Assembly: GCA_964016885.1 (NCBI GenBank)
Contig: OZ024757.1
Span: forward strand, 28,086,001 to 28,150,000
From: Eledone cirrhosa
Taxonomy: Eukaryota
Direction: 5' to 3'
DNA length: 64,000 nt
This document shows, piece after piece, positions 13,585 through 28,100 of this stretch (within the stretch, counting starts at the first letter, position 1; each line of letters opens with the position of its first letter). A program made the translations under genes and the position numbers. The notes beneath the pieces are model-generated. The model made no database searches. It was given only the letters and a program-made list of their open reading frames with translations, and was not told the DNA's origin.

Positions 13585-16500
13585 GCATACAGATGCTCCT
13601 TGTCAGGGCCTGTAAGAGAAATTTTGCAAGGCGGTACAAGACCCCTTTGGGGCCTGAAGCAGGCAAAGATTTTTCTCAAAATAAATGTTGCATGGTTGCT
13701 GTGGGCCCTGGAACAAAGTACCTACTGAAATCCTTCCTTTCATAGGCCCTGCTCCTCATCATCATCATTGTCAGCTGCTTTTCAAGCATGGTGTTTCACT
13801 GATTCAGTTAACTGAAAACCATGACAATTTTTATTTTAATTTCAATATTTCTTTTAAAGACAAAATTACTTACAATTTAGCATTTTCAGCAAGCTGTAAA
13901 AGACGCTGATCACTAAATATCTTCAGACCGCCAACCATTAATAATTCCAGCATTGCTTGTTGTCTCTCCTCATGACGTGTGGCTTCATCGGGGTTAGACA
14001 GGAACTCAAGTACTTGTTCAAATAAAACACGGTTCACTAATATGGTGTTTTCGTGTCTTGCCATCTGCCGTGCCAGAAATGTGAACAACGTTCCAATTTG
14101 ACTGGGCTGAAATGTATAAACAGATCGATAGATAGTTTAATAAAATAAATAAATAAATAGACAGATAGACAGGCTGGTATATAGATACAGAGATAGATAG
14201 ATAGACAAGTAAATAGACAGACCGGTAGTTGGATACATAAGTAGACATGTAGGTAGATAGATAAATTTTTTTATTAGCCACAAGGGCACAAAAGAAGGGG
14301 ACAAATACAAATGGGGAGTTTACATACAGGTATATGAAAATAAAACTATTAATACAATAACAAATAACAATTGAAATCCCCAATAGGGGGGAGGTGTTAC
14401 ACAGGGGTTGTACACACCCCGAAAAAATGTACAACCCTCATCTCCAAGAGCACCAAGAGTTAGTACTCCCTTCCTCTCTTCCTCTTTTTCCTCAACCTAC
14501 AGACCTACAGGCTTATATAGAGAGAAGGCCCAACCACTCGGGCCATCTTTGCCACATTCACCCACCTTTTATAAAATTTGCTGGGGTACAGCACCTCTCT
14601 CTCCATCCTGATTCTTCTTCCAAAATGATATTTGAAAAAATAGATAGGTAGTTAGGCATATCTAAAGTCTGTCTTAAGCCATTTAAGACATATCCGTTTC
14701 ATGGCATGAAGCAACTGAGAGTACAAGACTTCCCACTGGACAGGATGCCAGTCCATCGCAGGGTTAAACCCCCAACTATTGCTTGTACTCATTTTCAGCT
14801 GTGTATACTGGAGCAACGTGAAATGAAGTGTTTTGTTCAAGAACACAACACACAACCCAGCCCAGGAATCGAACCCATGACATTAAGATCATAATCCAAC
14901 ACCCTTACCACTAGGCCACACGCCTCCAGCAGGTAGGTAGTTAAATAACTAGATATATAGGTAGGTAAGTGGATGGATGGATGAGCTGCATCTTTTTCCA
15001 CGAAGTAAACAACTTAAAAACCATCATGCAACTTATTTACTAGACCTACAAAAGCTCATGTGACGCAAATACTTTGACAAGAATCTTTTATGTAAAATAG
15101 GGATGTGACTGATACATAAGTATATCTAAATCTAAAGTCTGTATCAAGCATATAAATATATATATATGTGACTTACATTGAATCCAATACTTTCAACCAT
15201 AACCTGTAATAATATATCAATCACTCTCTGACGTTTCTGGATCCTACAAAGAAATATTTCAGAATCAACATCACACAATAACAACAAAGCCAGGAACAAT
15301 TGAGGAAGGAGAAAGTCAATTAAATTAACCCCATTTTACAGCTGATATATTATTTTATGGACTCCAGAAGAATGAAAGGCAAAACTGACCTCATTGGAAT
15401 TTTAACTCATAACGTAGAAAGTCATAACTGCATACTGCAAAGTATTTTGTCTGATGCTCTACCGATACTGCCAACCCACCGCCCTTACTGATTTCTAATT
15501 TAGGCACAAGCCAGCAATTTATGGGGAGGGAAAAGATGATTATATTGACCCCCCCCCCCCCCCAATACTTTACTGGTACTCTATTTTATCAACACCAGAA
15601 AGATAAAGGGAAAAGTTGCTCCCTGCGGGATTTGAACTCAGAATGTAAAGTGTTAGGACAACTGCCACAAAGCATTTTATCCGACGTTCTAACAACTCTG
15701 CCTCTCTAAGACAAATAATGAAATGGAATAATCCAGGTGTAAATGGTTCTTACCCTTCATTTGTATTGAATTCCGGTTCTTCGAAAGCCTGAGAGAGAGA
15801 AACAGAAGAAAAAAGATAAACTTCTATGAATGGAAAGTAGATTTTGGTAACAATGGGAAGAGAGTACATTATATGATATATCTTATAATGGTTTCTAATT
15901 TAGGCACAAGGTCAGCAATTTAGGGGGATGGAGAATAAAAGTCTAAAGACTGTCTTGAACCTGGAGGCTCAGCAGGTTGGTGCATATTTTGATTTTGTGG
16001 CGTAAAGCGACTGAGAGTACATGACTTGCCCCTGGCCAGGAAGCCAGTCCATTGCAGGGTTAAAGCCCCAGCTATTGCTGGTATTCATTTTCAGCTGAGT
16101 ATACTGGAGCAACATGAACATGAAATGAGTGATTTGCTCAAGAACACAAATAGGCCGGAAAATGCCAGTGGAAGGAAGTCATGGTAGAGGTAGATGAAGA
16201 AAGACCTGGGCAGAAGTTGTGAGAGCTGACCTCAAATCACTGAGATTCACAGTGGTGATGACAAAGGATGGCGACATCTGGTGAGAAGCTGAGTTGAAAT
16301 GGACCCATCAAACCCGTTCAAGCATGGAAAAGTAGACGTAAAAACAACGATGATGATGATGAAAGAAGACCAGATGTGATATAATATCTTAGTCTTAGAA
16401 AGCAACAATTATAAGAAATGAAAACAACATAAAAACATAAAGAAACAGAAAATAACAGAAGAAACTTACCAATGCTAATACATTGAGGAATTCTATTGTA

Positions 16501-19500
16501 TCAAACTGAAGTAGAGTTCTCAGGTGAGGGTAGGTTGGTTCATCTGAAAGAAAAGTCACTTGACTTTTAAAAATCTATATGTGTGTGTGTGTGTATATAA
16601 AGTGGTTGTGTTTGTGACACGACAAAAAGCACCCAGTCCACGTTGTAGATGCGGTTGGCATTAGGAAGGGCATCCAGCCATAGAAACCAAGCCAGAAACA
16701 TCTCTGTTTGCAAGACACGGTCATCTGACTTGACTTGACTCACAACAGGACAACTCGTTTAACCCATACTAGCATGGAAGATGGACGTTAAACGATGATG
16801 ATGATGATGTTGATAGCATGAAAAACTAGACATTAAAAGATGATGATGATGTTTAAATTAGAAACCATTATTACGGTCATTATTTATAAATTTAAGGCGG
16901 TGGATTGGCAGTATCGGTAGAGGGTCTGACGCCATGCTTTGCAGCAAAGAGTTACGGCCCTTTATGATCTGAGTTCAAATCCCGCCGAGGTTAACTTTGC
17001 CTTTCATCCTTATGGGGTCGATAAAATAAAGTACCAGTAATACCCTGAGATAATTGCTGGCCTTGTGCCAAAAGTAGAAACAATTATTTATAAATTTAAG
17101 GGCGGTAAATTGGCAGTATCGGTAGAGGGTCGGACATGCTTTCTAGCATAGTTACGTCCCTTTATGATCTGATTTCAAATCCCGCCGAGGTTAACTTTGC
17201 CTTTCATCCATACGGGGTCGATAAAATAAAGTACCAGTAATGTACTGGGTAATTGCTGGCCTTGTGCCAAAAGTAAAAACAATTATTTATAAATTTAAGA
17301 GTGGTGGATCAGCATAATCATTAGAGCATCGGGTGAAATGCTCTACATTCTGACTTTAACCCTTTAGCATTTAAACCGGCCGTTTCCAGCCAGAACTCTC
17401 TCAACTCTTTCTCTTCAGACTGGCTGCTCATACCTACACTAAGGTATTGTTCTCAAAATAAATAACATCAAAATATCATAGATTCAATATTATGTGAGAT
17501 AATTATGTAAGATAAAGCCTTTGCCATGGAAATATAATAGTGAATATAGAGTAATATAAATGCTAAAGGGTTAAATATTGCTGGAGTACACTCTGCCTTA
17601 TATCTTTCCGGGGGATGATAAAATAAAGTACCAGTTAACTACTGGGCGGTATATAAAAGATCCCCCACCCCACCATATCTTTTTCGTCCAAATTACTGGC
17701 CTTGTGCCAATTTTAGAAATCATTATTTACAAACTTACCGAAACCCACCCCACACCTAACTCACCCATCACCTCAGGCCCTAGCCAAGCCATTGGTTAAA
17801 TAGATATGATTGGGTCTTTAATGTGTTAGCATGACTCAGGATGTACTGAAGTGGTCTGAGAGAGAGAGAGGAGGGGGAGAGGAAGTATGTTTGCTGGTCA
17901 TTATTACACGTCACAATGGTCATTTTGTTGTTGTCATTTTCTTCTTCAACACCCACACCCACACAAACCACCACCATACATTACAGTCACCCCCCCCCCC
18001 AGCAACCACCACCACTACTGCCATATCCAACAGTCCACAGCACCACCACTCACCCACATGACAACCACTGGCACCCACCCACCCCCGTCACAATCCCTAC
18101 CACCCTAGACTACAAAACACACTTCACCACCCTACACTACAATACTCCCTGTCAACACCACCAATCCACACCACCACCTCTCACCCACATGACAACCCCA
18201 CCACCCTACACTACAATAACCCCTCCATCACCACCACAAAGACCATATCCACCAATCGGCACCACCATCACCACTCACATACATGACAACCCCCACCACC
18301 ATACATTTCACTGGCACACACCCCACCACCACCAGCATACAACAAACTACTATACCTCGCCTCTTAATTAGAGAATTTCCGAGAAGCCTTAGAGTTATAT
18401 TTAAGCTTCCTACACTTATAAAGTTGACCTCTTTTTGACGTAGTTGAGTTGTTACACCTATGGTCTTCAACATTCTTCAAGATACAAACCCAAAATATCA
18501 TTGAAAGACTTATAAAGAACCATTAAACTTAATATTTCACAATACAAACCCCAAATTTTACTAAGAGTTATGTAAATAGTCTTTAAACATATTTTATTAT
18601 ACAGACCCTAAATATTACTGGGAGAATTATGGTATGGTATGGTTCCATAGCTCCTGATGGAATAGTATACAACATTTCTTGGGTGTTTTTTAAACCTGGT
18701 GGAGCCCATCTATCCCTTTCCAGGTCTGAATATGGCAGATTTCTTCCAGAAAAGGATTAAGAGTGAGAGAAAGAGAGAAAATGAGTACTGGATTGGTACT
18801 TTTTGTATCAACCTTGAAGGAAGAAAAGCAAAGTTGACCTTGGTGAGATTTGAATTCAGAGAGAAGAGAGCCAGAACAAATACCACAAAGCATTCTATAT
18901 GATGTTCTAATGGCTCTGCCAATTCACCACCTTTGTATAAGCTTTCACCAACTTCTTAGGACTGACTGACCCATGCTCAACCACCGTTGGCACGGAACAC
19001 TTGTCCACTTCAGTCTTTGAAGATCGTATCTTAAGAACCCTACACAGAGTAACAGAAAGAATATATATACGCATTTTTTCCCTTTATAAAAATAAAGAAA
19101 ATCTATACCATTTCGTAAAAGAACAACATATTAAAATAGAAGCTTTAAAATATCATAAGGAATGGCATGAAGAACTGTCAAACTTTATGGCAATACCTGT
19201 AGGAGCCCCCAAAATAAACATACATATATATAGATAGATAGTGAGATAAAACCTACTTTCTTTTGCTTTCGCCCGATGTAAACAGCTCACACACTTGAAG
19301 ACCTAAATAGATAGATTATAAATATAAGTGAATTATAAAAGTCATCTTCATATTTTTATCATTTAACTTACAATCTGCAAGTACACAGGGCATCCCCCCA
19401 AAATGTATATACTAATAGCATTCTAATAAATAGTGCCTGTATAGGTAATGAAAGTGTGTATTCATTTTTGGGGAGAAATTTATTGAGAGTTCATTCTTTA

Positions 19501-22500
19501 ACATATGTTTCTGTACCATATCCATCTACATGCGCTGACTGCAAATCCCATACTCAATTGCATGTATTATTTTACATAATAAAATATTACACTTCATCAA
19601 AAAGAGAAAAATTATTATAGTCCAAGGCGAGGTTTTTGCATTTTTGCAATAAGAATTACTTACTGCTCCAAGGTATAAGCCACTGGCACATAGAGAAAGT
19701 CAAAATCGAAATGTGTGTGTGTGCATATATATATATATATAGTTAAATATATATATATATATATACTTGTGTTAATAATTGTGATTTTGTGCTAATACCT
19801 GCATTTTTTATGTGTGTATAGCTGCATTTGTTCATGTGTATGTAACTAAATTGTTATTTTCCATGTATGTGTGTATATGTGTGTGAGAGTGTGTGAATGC
19901 ATGCATGTTTAACAACCTGTTCTTACCTGTTCTTTAACTTCCATGATAAATTCTTTAGGAATATCACCAAGAGGATAACCACGGCCAGCTAAACAATAAC
20001 TGAAGGAATTTGGAAAAAAAGTAAAATGAATAAACACTTAAAAGAAACTTCAGAATTGTACTTGTATGGCAAGGGAACTGCAATGAAACTGAGTCACTGA
20101 GGGCAACAAGAGTTTTTACAGCAAAAAATAAAGGAGAAAGGTAAAGTGAAGTTAATAATTTTACTGTTTTTGAATGGTTAAAATGTCTCTTCCAAGATGT
20201 AATTGCTTATGTAAAAGAAAAGTATTCATTCATAACATCCTGTAATGATTTAGCAAAAAATATCTCAAAACAGATTTGTCAATTCAAATGTTTATAGTAT
20301 CTTTCTTAGTGGACAGTTATTGTGGATATTTGGAGTAAACTAGAGCACAGACATTAAAAATTAATGCATGTGTGTCTGTAAATGTGGTTGGTGTTAGGCA
20401 GGACATCCAGAAGTAGAAACATCATCATCATTTAAGGCCCACTTTCCAAGCTAACAATATTTGGATGTGTTTGAAGGGGTCTGTTGACCTCCCTGACAGG
20501 TAGGGAGTCCGCATCTCTCTTATACTTGCCAGAAATGGAATGCACAAGTAAGACATCTCGTCTCACACAGCAACCACCCATTGAACATATGCCAATATAG
20601 AAACTGAATGGATAATGAGGTGATAGTATGATATGAATAAAGTTACCTACCTAATATAGACAAGGAGTTTGTTTCCAAGTTTGATTTGATCATCTGTAAA
20701 AGAAGATAGCAGCGGATAAAAAGAAATATTTAGATAAAACATACGTATATGATTTGCAGATATAGTTGCCAAAATGCAGATAATTTTATTTTATTGTCCC
20801 CATAAGGATGAAAGGCAAAGCTAACCTTGGCAGGATATGAACTCAGAACCTAAAAGGCCATAACTAAATACTGCACAGCATTTTGATCTATCGATTCTGC
20901 CAATCCATCTCCTTCACATAATGTTTTACATATATAAAATTTAAATACTTTGTTAAAAAAAACATTGTAAATAACAGCCACACTCACCAGTAAGTTGTTT
21001 CCCGGTATTAATAGCTGCTTCCAATAAAATCAGTAATTCTTCAAGGGGAGTGGTGTAATCATTCATTCCTTTGTTGTAGACATAGATTATAGCATCGTAT
21101 AAACCATGGCTCCAACATAGATGGACAATCTGCAAAATGAAGATTATATAAACACCATCTAATAAACCATTATTATCAAATCAATGAATATTAACTCTTT
21201 AGCATTTAAACTGGCTGTAACCAGCCAGAATTCTCTCACCTCTATCTATTGAAACTGGCTACTCATACCAACATTAAGGTATTGTTCTCAAAATAAACAA
21301 TATCAAAATCTCATAGACGCAATATCATGTGAAATAATTATGTGAGGTAAGGCCTTTACTGTGAAAATACAATAGTTAATATAGAGTAATGTAAATGCTA
21401 AAGGGTTAATCAACTACCCATAACTGGTGCAGCCAGTCATTGGAGTGCCACTCTGAACATTTGACTGTCTATCGTGGGCCTTAGAAATACTTGAAGGTGC
21501 CCATCTCCTCTCTGTATAATATACTCATAGATGACTTTAAAAAGACAGAATGATGATCATAGATGGAACATCTTCAACTATAGATCTTTTAGATCAGGTC
21601 TGATCTGGGAATTAAATAACAATGTCAACAACACTCCCTCATCAATATTACTTACATGGTGTATATCCAGTGTGGTTACTTCAAGATGAACAATACAGGC
21701 TTCCACACTCTCCAGCATACCTTTACTTTCATAATGTTCCACGAAATCCTTCATAACTGTCGGTGGGATGGAACTTAACTTATCATCAAGGATATAAGGC
21801 TCGAGGCATTCCAAGAATGTGTCTTTTGCAATCACGTCCATTCCAAAACGGTCGTAGATTCGACCAAACAGTATGTCCCTGGAATGTAAGAGCAGATTTT
21901 TTTTCTTAAGATAAACCAAAATAAATATTTGAAAATAAATCAGATTGAATAAATGTAAATGATGATATACAGAAGGTTAAGCAATCATTTAGAGGTGCCA
22001 TTGGCTAATGAGGGAATTAATGAGTTGTTGTTTTTTATTATAGGAGAACAATTTTACTTACACACACTCCAAACACAGGCAATAGTCTACACAAACAGGA
22101 ACAATTCCCTGGAACAGATAGAATTGTTGGTTATTAGTGGTGGCCATTATGGTCAGTGTTTAAAGGAAGACATTATATAAATATATAAACAGAACAAAGA
22201 TTTAGGGAGGGAAGTATATGATAGATTTGAAAGATAGTTTCATATCACATACAATACACCAGAAGTGATGTTTAAAACAGAAGAAATGAAAGGGAATGAA
22301 TGTGGCTTACTTGGTAATAGTCTTCTAAGGTTTCAATTTTTCCTTTTTCTGGACAAAACTGTGTCATTGATAGATCCACAAACTCAAACAAAAGATTCAA
22401 CATCTGAACAAAGAGAGACATAAAATATATAAATATATATGATATATACATCATCATCATCATTTTACGTCCGCTTTTCCCTGCTTGCAAGGGTGGGACG

Positions 22501-25057
22501 GGTCTTACTATACATATATAATATATACATATATATATATATACACACATAAAATATATATATATATACACAAAATATATATACATATGAAATATATTAA
22601 GTATGATATAACAAAGTTTCACTTTAAAATGTTTTATTGCATATCGACCTTTACATATGTTTCACAGATGATTGGCTTCAGGTCTTTATTGATGTGATAG
22701 ATCTGACTCCAGTATCGATCTGCTCTTTAGACATGTAGACTCAAATCAAAACATCTACATCTCTATCAGCAGAGATCAAAATCATAGAAACTGGTGCATT
22801 GGTCCGGGTATCTCAATTTTCCTACCCACACAAAGTCGTCTTCCTCACTGATTAACGCAGGAGTGCATTCTAATCAGTTAGGTTTGAATTTTAATAATAC
22901 AGACTTAATTAGTTTGAGTGAGGAAATGACCGAAGTTCAGTCCATTCTATTCGATAAGCTTTGTCTCTTATATATATGTGTGCGTGTAAAATATGTAAAC
23001 ATATAGTTTCTAATTTAGGCACAAGGCCTGGAATTTTGGGGGAAGTGAACGTTGATGAGATTTGAACCCACTAATGCTTTAGCCAGTTCACCATCCTTGC
23101 TCAAATAATAATAATAGTAATAATGATTTCTTTATTGGCGAGTGAGGCCCGAAATAATAATAATAACAATAATAACAATAATAATAATAAGGGTGGGGTT
23201 TTCTAACTTTGGAGGAGGGTATAATCGATTATATCTGGTCCCAATACTCAGCTGGTATTGATTTTTATAATTCCAGGTGGATGGAGGGCAAAATAGACCT
23301 TGACGGAAATTTGAACTAGGATTATAAAGGGATGTAACTTAAAGCATTTTGTCTGGTGTTCTACTGATAAGGTCCATAATCTTATTCTGACTGAAAATTA
23401 TGAAGGGGCGCAACTCTAACATTTATGTTTTTTTTGTTAGAATGTGGGAGTATCAAAATTTGAAAGTAACTTATACAGACATAGGCTTAGATATGGTTCT
23501 GTAATTAAAGAGATTTTTTCGCAACCATATGGTTTGGGGTTTGCATGGCACCTTGCACAAATATCCTCTAATATATCTTTGGGTTGACGAATGCCTGAGG
23601 AATAACGTTTGGTAGGCTGAAACTGTGCAGAAGCCTATCATATGTATATATGTGTGTATATGCATGTGTGTGTCCATGTCTGTGTAATATAGCAGTTCAA
23701 CAAATAGAGACCAGACTTGCAAAAATAAGTACTGAGATCAATATGATCAACTAAATCCCTTGAAGGCTATGCTCCATCATGACCACAGTCTATAGACTGA
23801 AACCATTAAAAGAATGATAGAATAAATACATTCTCACAATGATCACAGAGTGAGCAAGGAAACTATGTAGTCCTTGATATACAAAAAAGAGGAAGATGAT
23901 CACAGCTGGAACATCTTTGATCATATGTCTGCTTAATGCGGATTGACCTAGGGTGAAAAAGCCCCATTTTGATCATATATAATAAGTGTTTTAAACCCTC
24001 TGTTGCCATATTTCTAATCAAAGACATTGCCTATAATTTTCAAATCATTTTGACAATAATCAAGAATTTGGAGGGATTTAGTAATATAACTAATTTCCTC
24101 ATGATTAAGTTTGTAACATAAATTAACTAACGTTCTTCACATAATATTGAGATGGAAGGCTCTTAAGTAAATATAAACATGCTACCATTTTACAGGGTGG
24201 ACCAGGTGCTTTTTGTCGTGGTACTAGCACTACTATCTTACAGAGTGGGCTAGGTGCTTTTTGTTGTGGCACTAGCACTACCACCTTACATGGAATAGGT
24301 GCTTTTTGTCATGGCACCACAACAACCACCTTACAGGGTAGATTAGGTGCTTTTTGTTATTGCACCAGTACTACCATCTTATAGGGTGGACTAGGTGCTT
24401 TTTATCGTAACATTAGCTAAAAAGAAAAGAAAAGAAAAGAACCCCCCCAAAAAAAGAAAAACATACCAAATCTTTTACAATGCTTTTTCTTTTTCGGGAA
24501 GAACCAACTAAGCCAACAACAGCTTTAGCCTTTCCTTCATAGAAGGAGAGAGCCAATGCCAGGGCATTTCTGTATTTATTCTGTTTAACAAGGACCTCAA
24601 TTCTCTGCAAGCAGAAAAAAAAAAAAATATATATATATATAAATAGTAAAGGTGCAATTGGATTGCATTCACAGGTGGTATACCAAGATGAGTACTAGAT
24701 GCTATTGGGGAGCAGAGTATCAATAATTATAATTAGGGAACGAAGAATCAGTGTTGCATCATATACATATTTAATTACATATTACACATGTTTCACTGCT
24801 GATCAGCTCGAGGAACGATTGAATATGTTCGTTCCTGACTCTGGAATCGAAAGCTCCTCAGATATATGTTCTCACATGTAGACTCATATCCAAATGAGTC
24901 TACATGTGAGAACATATATCCGAGGAGCTTTCGATTCCAGAGTCAGGAACGAACATATACGATCGTTCCTCGAGCTGATCAGCAGTGAAACATGTGTAAT
25001 ATGTAATTAAATATGTATATGATGCAATACTGATTCTTCATTCCCTAATTATTATTA

Positions 25058-25141
<84 letters not shown>

Positions 25142-28100
25142 AAATAAAATATGATTCCAGTTCCTCAGAGGAATAACAACACAACCAGGAGCTGTACATA
25201 TTGACGGAGTAAAACACACTTCAACAACATGTGTACCTGTCTTTCCCACACCAATTCGGACTGCCTAAAGAGGTCACAGCCAATGATGGCTGTTACTGAA
25301 ATATATATAGCAGTATATCTATAATTTATAATAAATGAAGCCAAATTTTACATATTTGACTTAATTATTTTACATTACTCCGGAATAAACAAACCAACCT
25401 GCGTACTTCGAGTGCTCCAATCTGCATACTGAGGTGTTGGTAAACAACCAACAAAATTTATATATATATATAATCATTTAACAACAACTGCAGCAGCAAC
25501 AACCTATTTTTGATATACAAACAATTCAAAACAAGTCCATGAAAATACAGGGGCAGTGGAAGTATTTCTGAATTTGGTCAATTTAGTTGTAGTGATTAGT
25601 TTAACTGTTATTATCAAATATCAACCAAGATATAAAAAAAACTTTGATTTGAGATAAACATAACATGTACATAAATTGTAGCGCATATACAAATAGATGT
25701 GTGTTTTGGTAGTTTGAGGAGAAAAATATAATTGTTGGGGGAAGACATGACCCCCCCCCCCCCCCCAACACACACACACACACACCCTTTTCCCCAGTTC
25801 CACTGCCCCTGAAATATAAACCATTTTGGAAATAAGATGAGGAGTAAAAAAATGGCACTAAAGAGTCAAAGAATACTCACCTCCATCCATGACCTGACAG
25901 AAAAGACTGTAACAGATTCAGTTCCTAGGAGAAAGAGCTGACCACCATGACTGACCACTGATTGATAACAGGCCTGTTCACCAGCAAATGCCTATCAGAG
26001 ATGAAAACACCAAGGGAAGACATTTTAATTTCCTCCTTTGATATTCTGGTCTTCTTTGATAAACTAATTATTATGTTTGTAGATTTGAAATAAGAAATTT
26101 GTTAACACTAGTTGTATGTGTGTCTTATGTCTTCAGAATGACTACTCCCCAAGACTCATAGACACACACACATATATATATATAATAACTGTAAATCAAA
26201 ATTTTAGCTGTTCTACAGCAAGTACTATTCAATTTGTTTGAGGCAATCACAAAGCACTCAATGGATCAAAAATTAAAAATATTAGATCCAGAGCAAACAC
26301 AACAATTATAAAGTGTGACACCAAGAAAACCAACCAAAGGCACCAGTCATACATATACCACAACGATGATAGATACAAAGCCAAAATAAAGTGAACAACT
26401 TACAGAATCAATACACAAAACAGAAAGATAGTTAATAACAATAAAATCCTTGTTATATTTACCAGTGCTTCACTAACATTACCTCCTGTTGCTAAAGATT
26501 TGAAGTGACTTGATCCATATACCAGTTGTACATCAGCAATGTCAACTATCTGCAAAAAAAGATATATATAGACATAAGATTTGATTATTTTGTGATGATC
26601 GCTGGGTGAAGAAGTGCCAAGTAGTCCCAGTGGAAAGAAAAAACAGTAGAGGAAGACTACGGAAAACATGGACGGAGGTGGTGAGAACTGACCTCAGATC
26701 GCTGAAGCACACAGAGGAGATGACGAAAGACTGTGACGAGTGGAGAGATGCTGTGTTGAAGAGGACCCGTCCCACCCTTGAAAGCAGGAAAAAGCAGATA
26801 TAAAATGAGGATGATGATTATGATGATATTTATGTTTTTTAATTCAAAGGACAGATCCATATGAGGAAGGTATCCTCTGAACTTTTATAACAAATAAACT
26901 GAAAAATGGTTGGGACATCACTGGGTCTGTGTGGGGAAGAGAAAATAATTAATAGAGAAAGAAAAATAGCAGCAAACTTACTTCTAACTCTTCTTCTGAC
27001 TTAACGTCAATAACATGTATCTTTTCCGTAGTGTCCAATGTAACTAGTGTCCGTGGGTTCATCCACTGGAAAAGATAAGGTTTTAAACAATAAAACAAAA
27101 TTCATTTCCATCACTCAACACATGACCCAACCATCTCATATCCTTTCTCTTCATATTACTCCTCACTGGCTCTATTCCTCTCATCCAGTCACTCTCATCC
27201 TTCCTCAACACATGATCCAACCATCTCATACCCTTTCTCTTCATATTATGACAAAAAGCGACCAGTCCACACTGTAAAATGGAGTGTTTAGGTACATGAC
27301 AAAAAGCGCCTAGTCCACACTGTAAAGTGGTCATGTAGGTGTCATGACAAAAAGCCCCTAGCCCACACTGTAAAGTGGTTGTGTAGGTGTCACGACAAAA
27401 AGCACACAGCATACACTGTAAAGTGGTTGTGTAGGTGTCATGATAAAAAGCACCCAGTACACACTGTAATTGTTGTTGGCATTAGGAACGGCATCCAGCT
27501 GTAGAAACCAAGCCAAAATCAGTTTTGTGTTACTGCTGGTACTCATTTTTCATTGAGTGTACTGGAGTAACATAAAATGAAATGTTTTGCTCAAGTACAC
27601 AACATGCCACTTGGTCCAGGAATCGAACCTATGGCATTATTATCATAAATTCAACACTTTAACTACCAAGCCTCATGCCTTAACATTTATAGTGATAATC
27701 TTATTCCAAAACTGTCTTAGAATCATTGTGAATTAGAGTGCCCACCTAGAATATTCTGAAGCCCCTCCAAAGCACAAAATCCTGACAACAGAAATAATTT
27801 TACTCACAGTTATCGAGAGCAGTTTGTATGGCAATTCCATTTTCTGTAAACCTGAGCAGCGAATGTCTTGAGCATTGTTGCAAATTACCTGTAAAAGGTG
27901 TTAATTATTTATATGTAAACAACACAGATGAATTTTTATAGGTATCAAATTACAGATTAATAACATATTACTTATAAAAATGTGAATTATCAAGTTAATG
28001 TAGTTCAGAGGATCTCAAACTTTTGGGGCCACTGCCCCCTTCAAGGCCACATAATACCCTCAGTGCCCCCACCCATTTCCAGAGAGACCTGTCTACATGC

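Noticed and set aside
16896-16986. tRNA gene
   Set aside because: Multi-copy diverged SINE head fused to a SINE body; no clean cloverleaf
27250-27470. CRISPR-like periodic array
   Set aside because: Contiguous 48-bp units without unique spacers, eukaryotic intron, no cas genes
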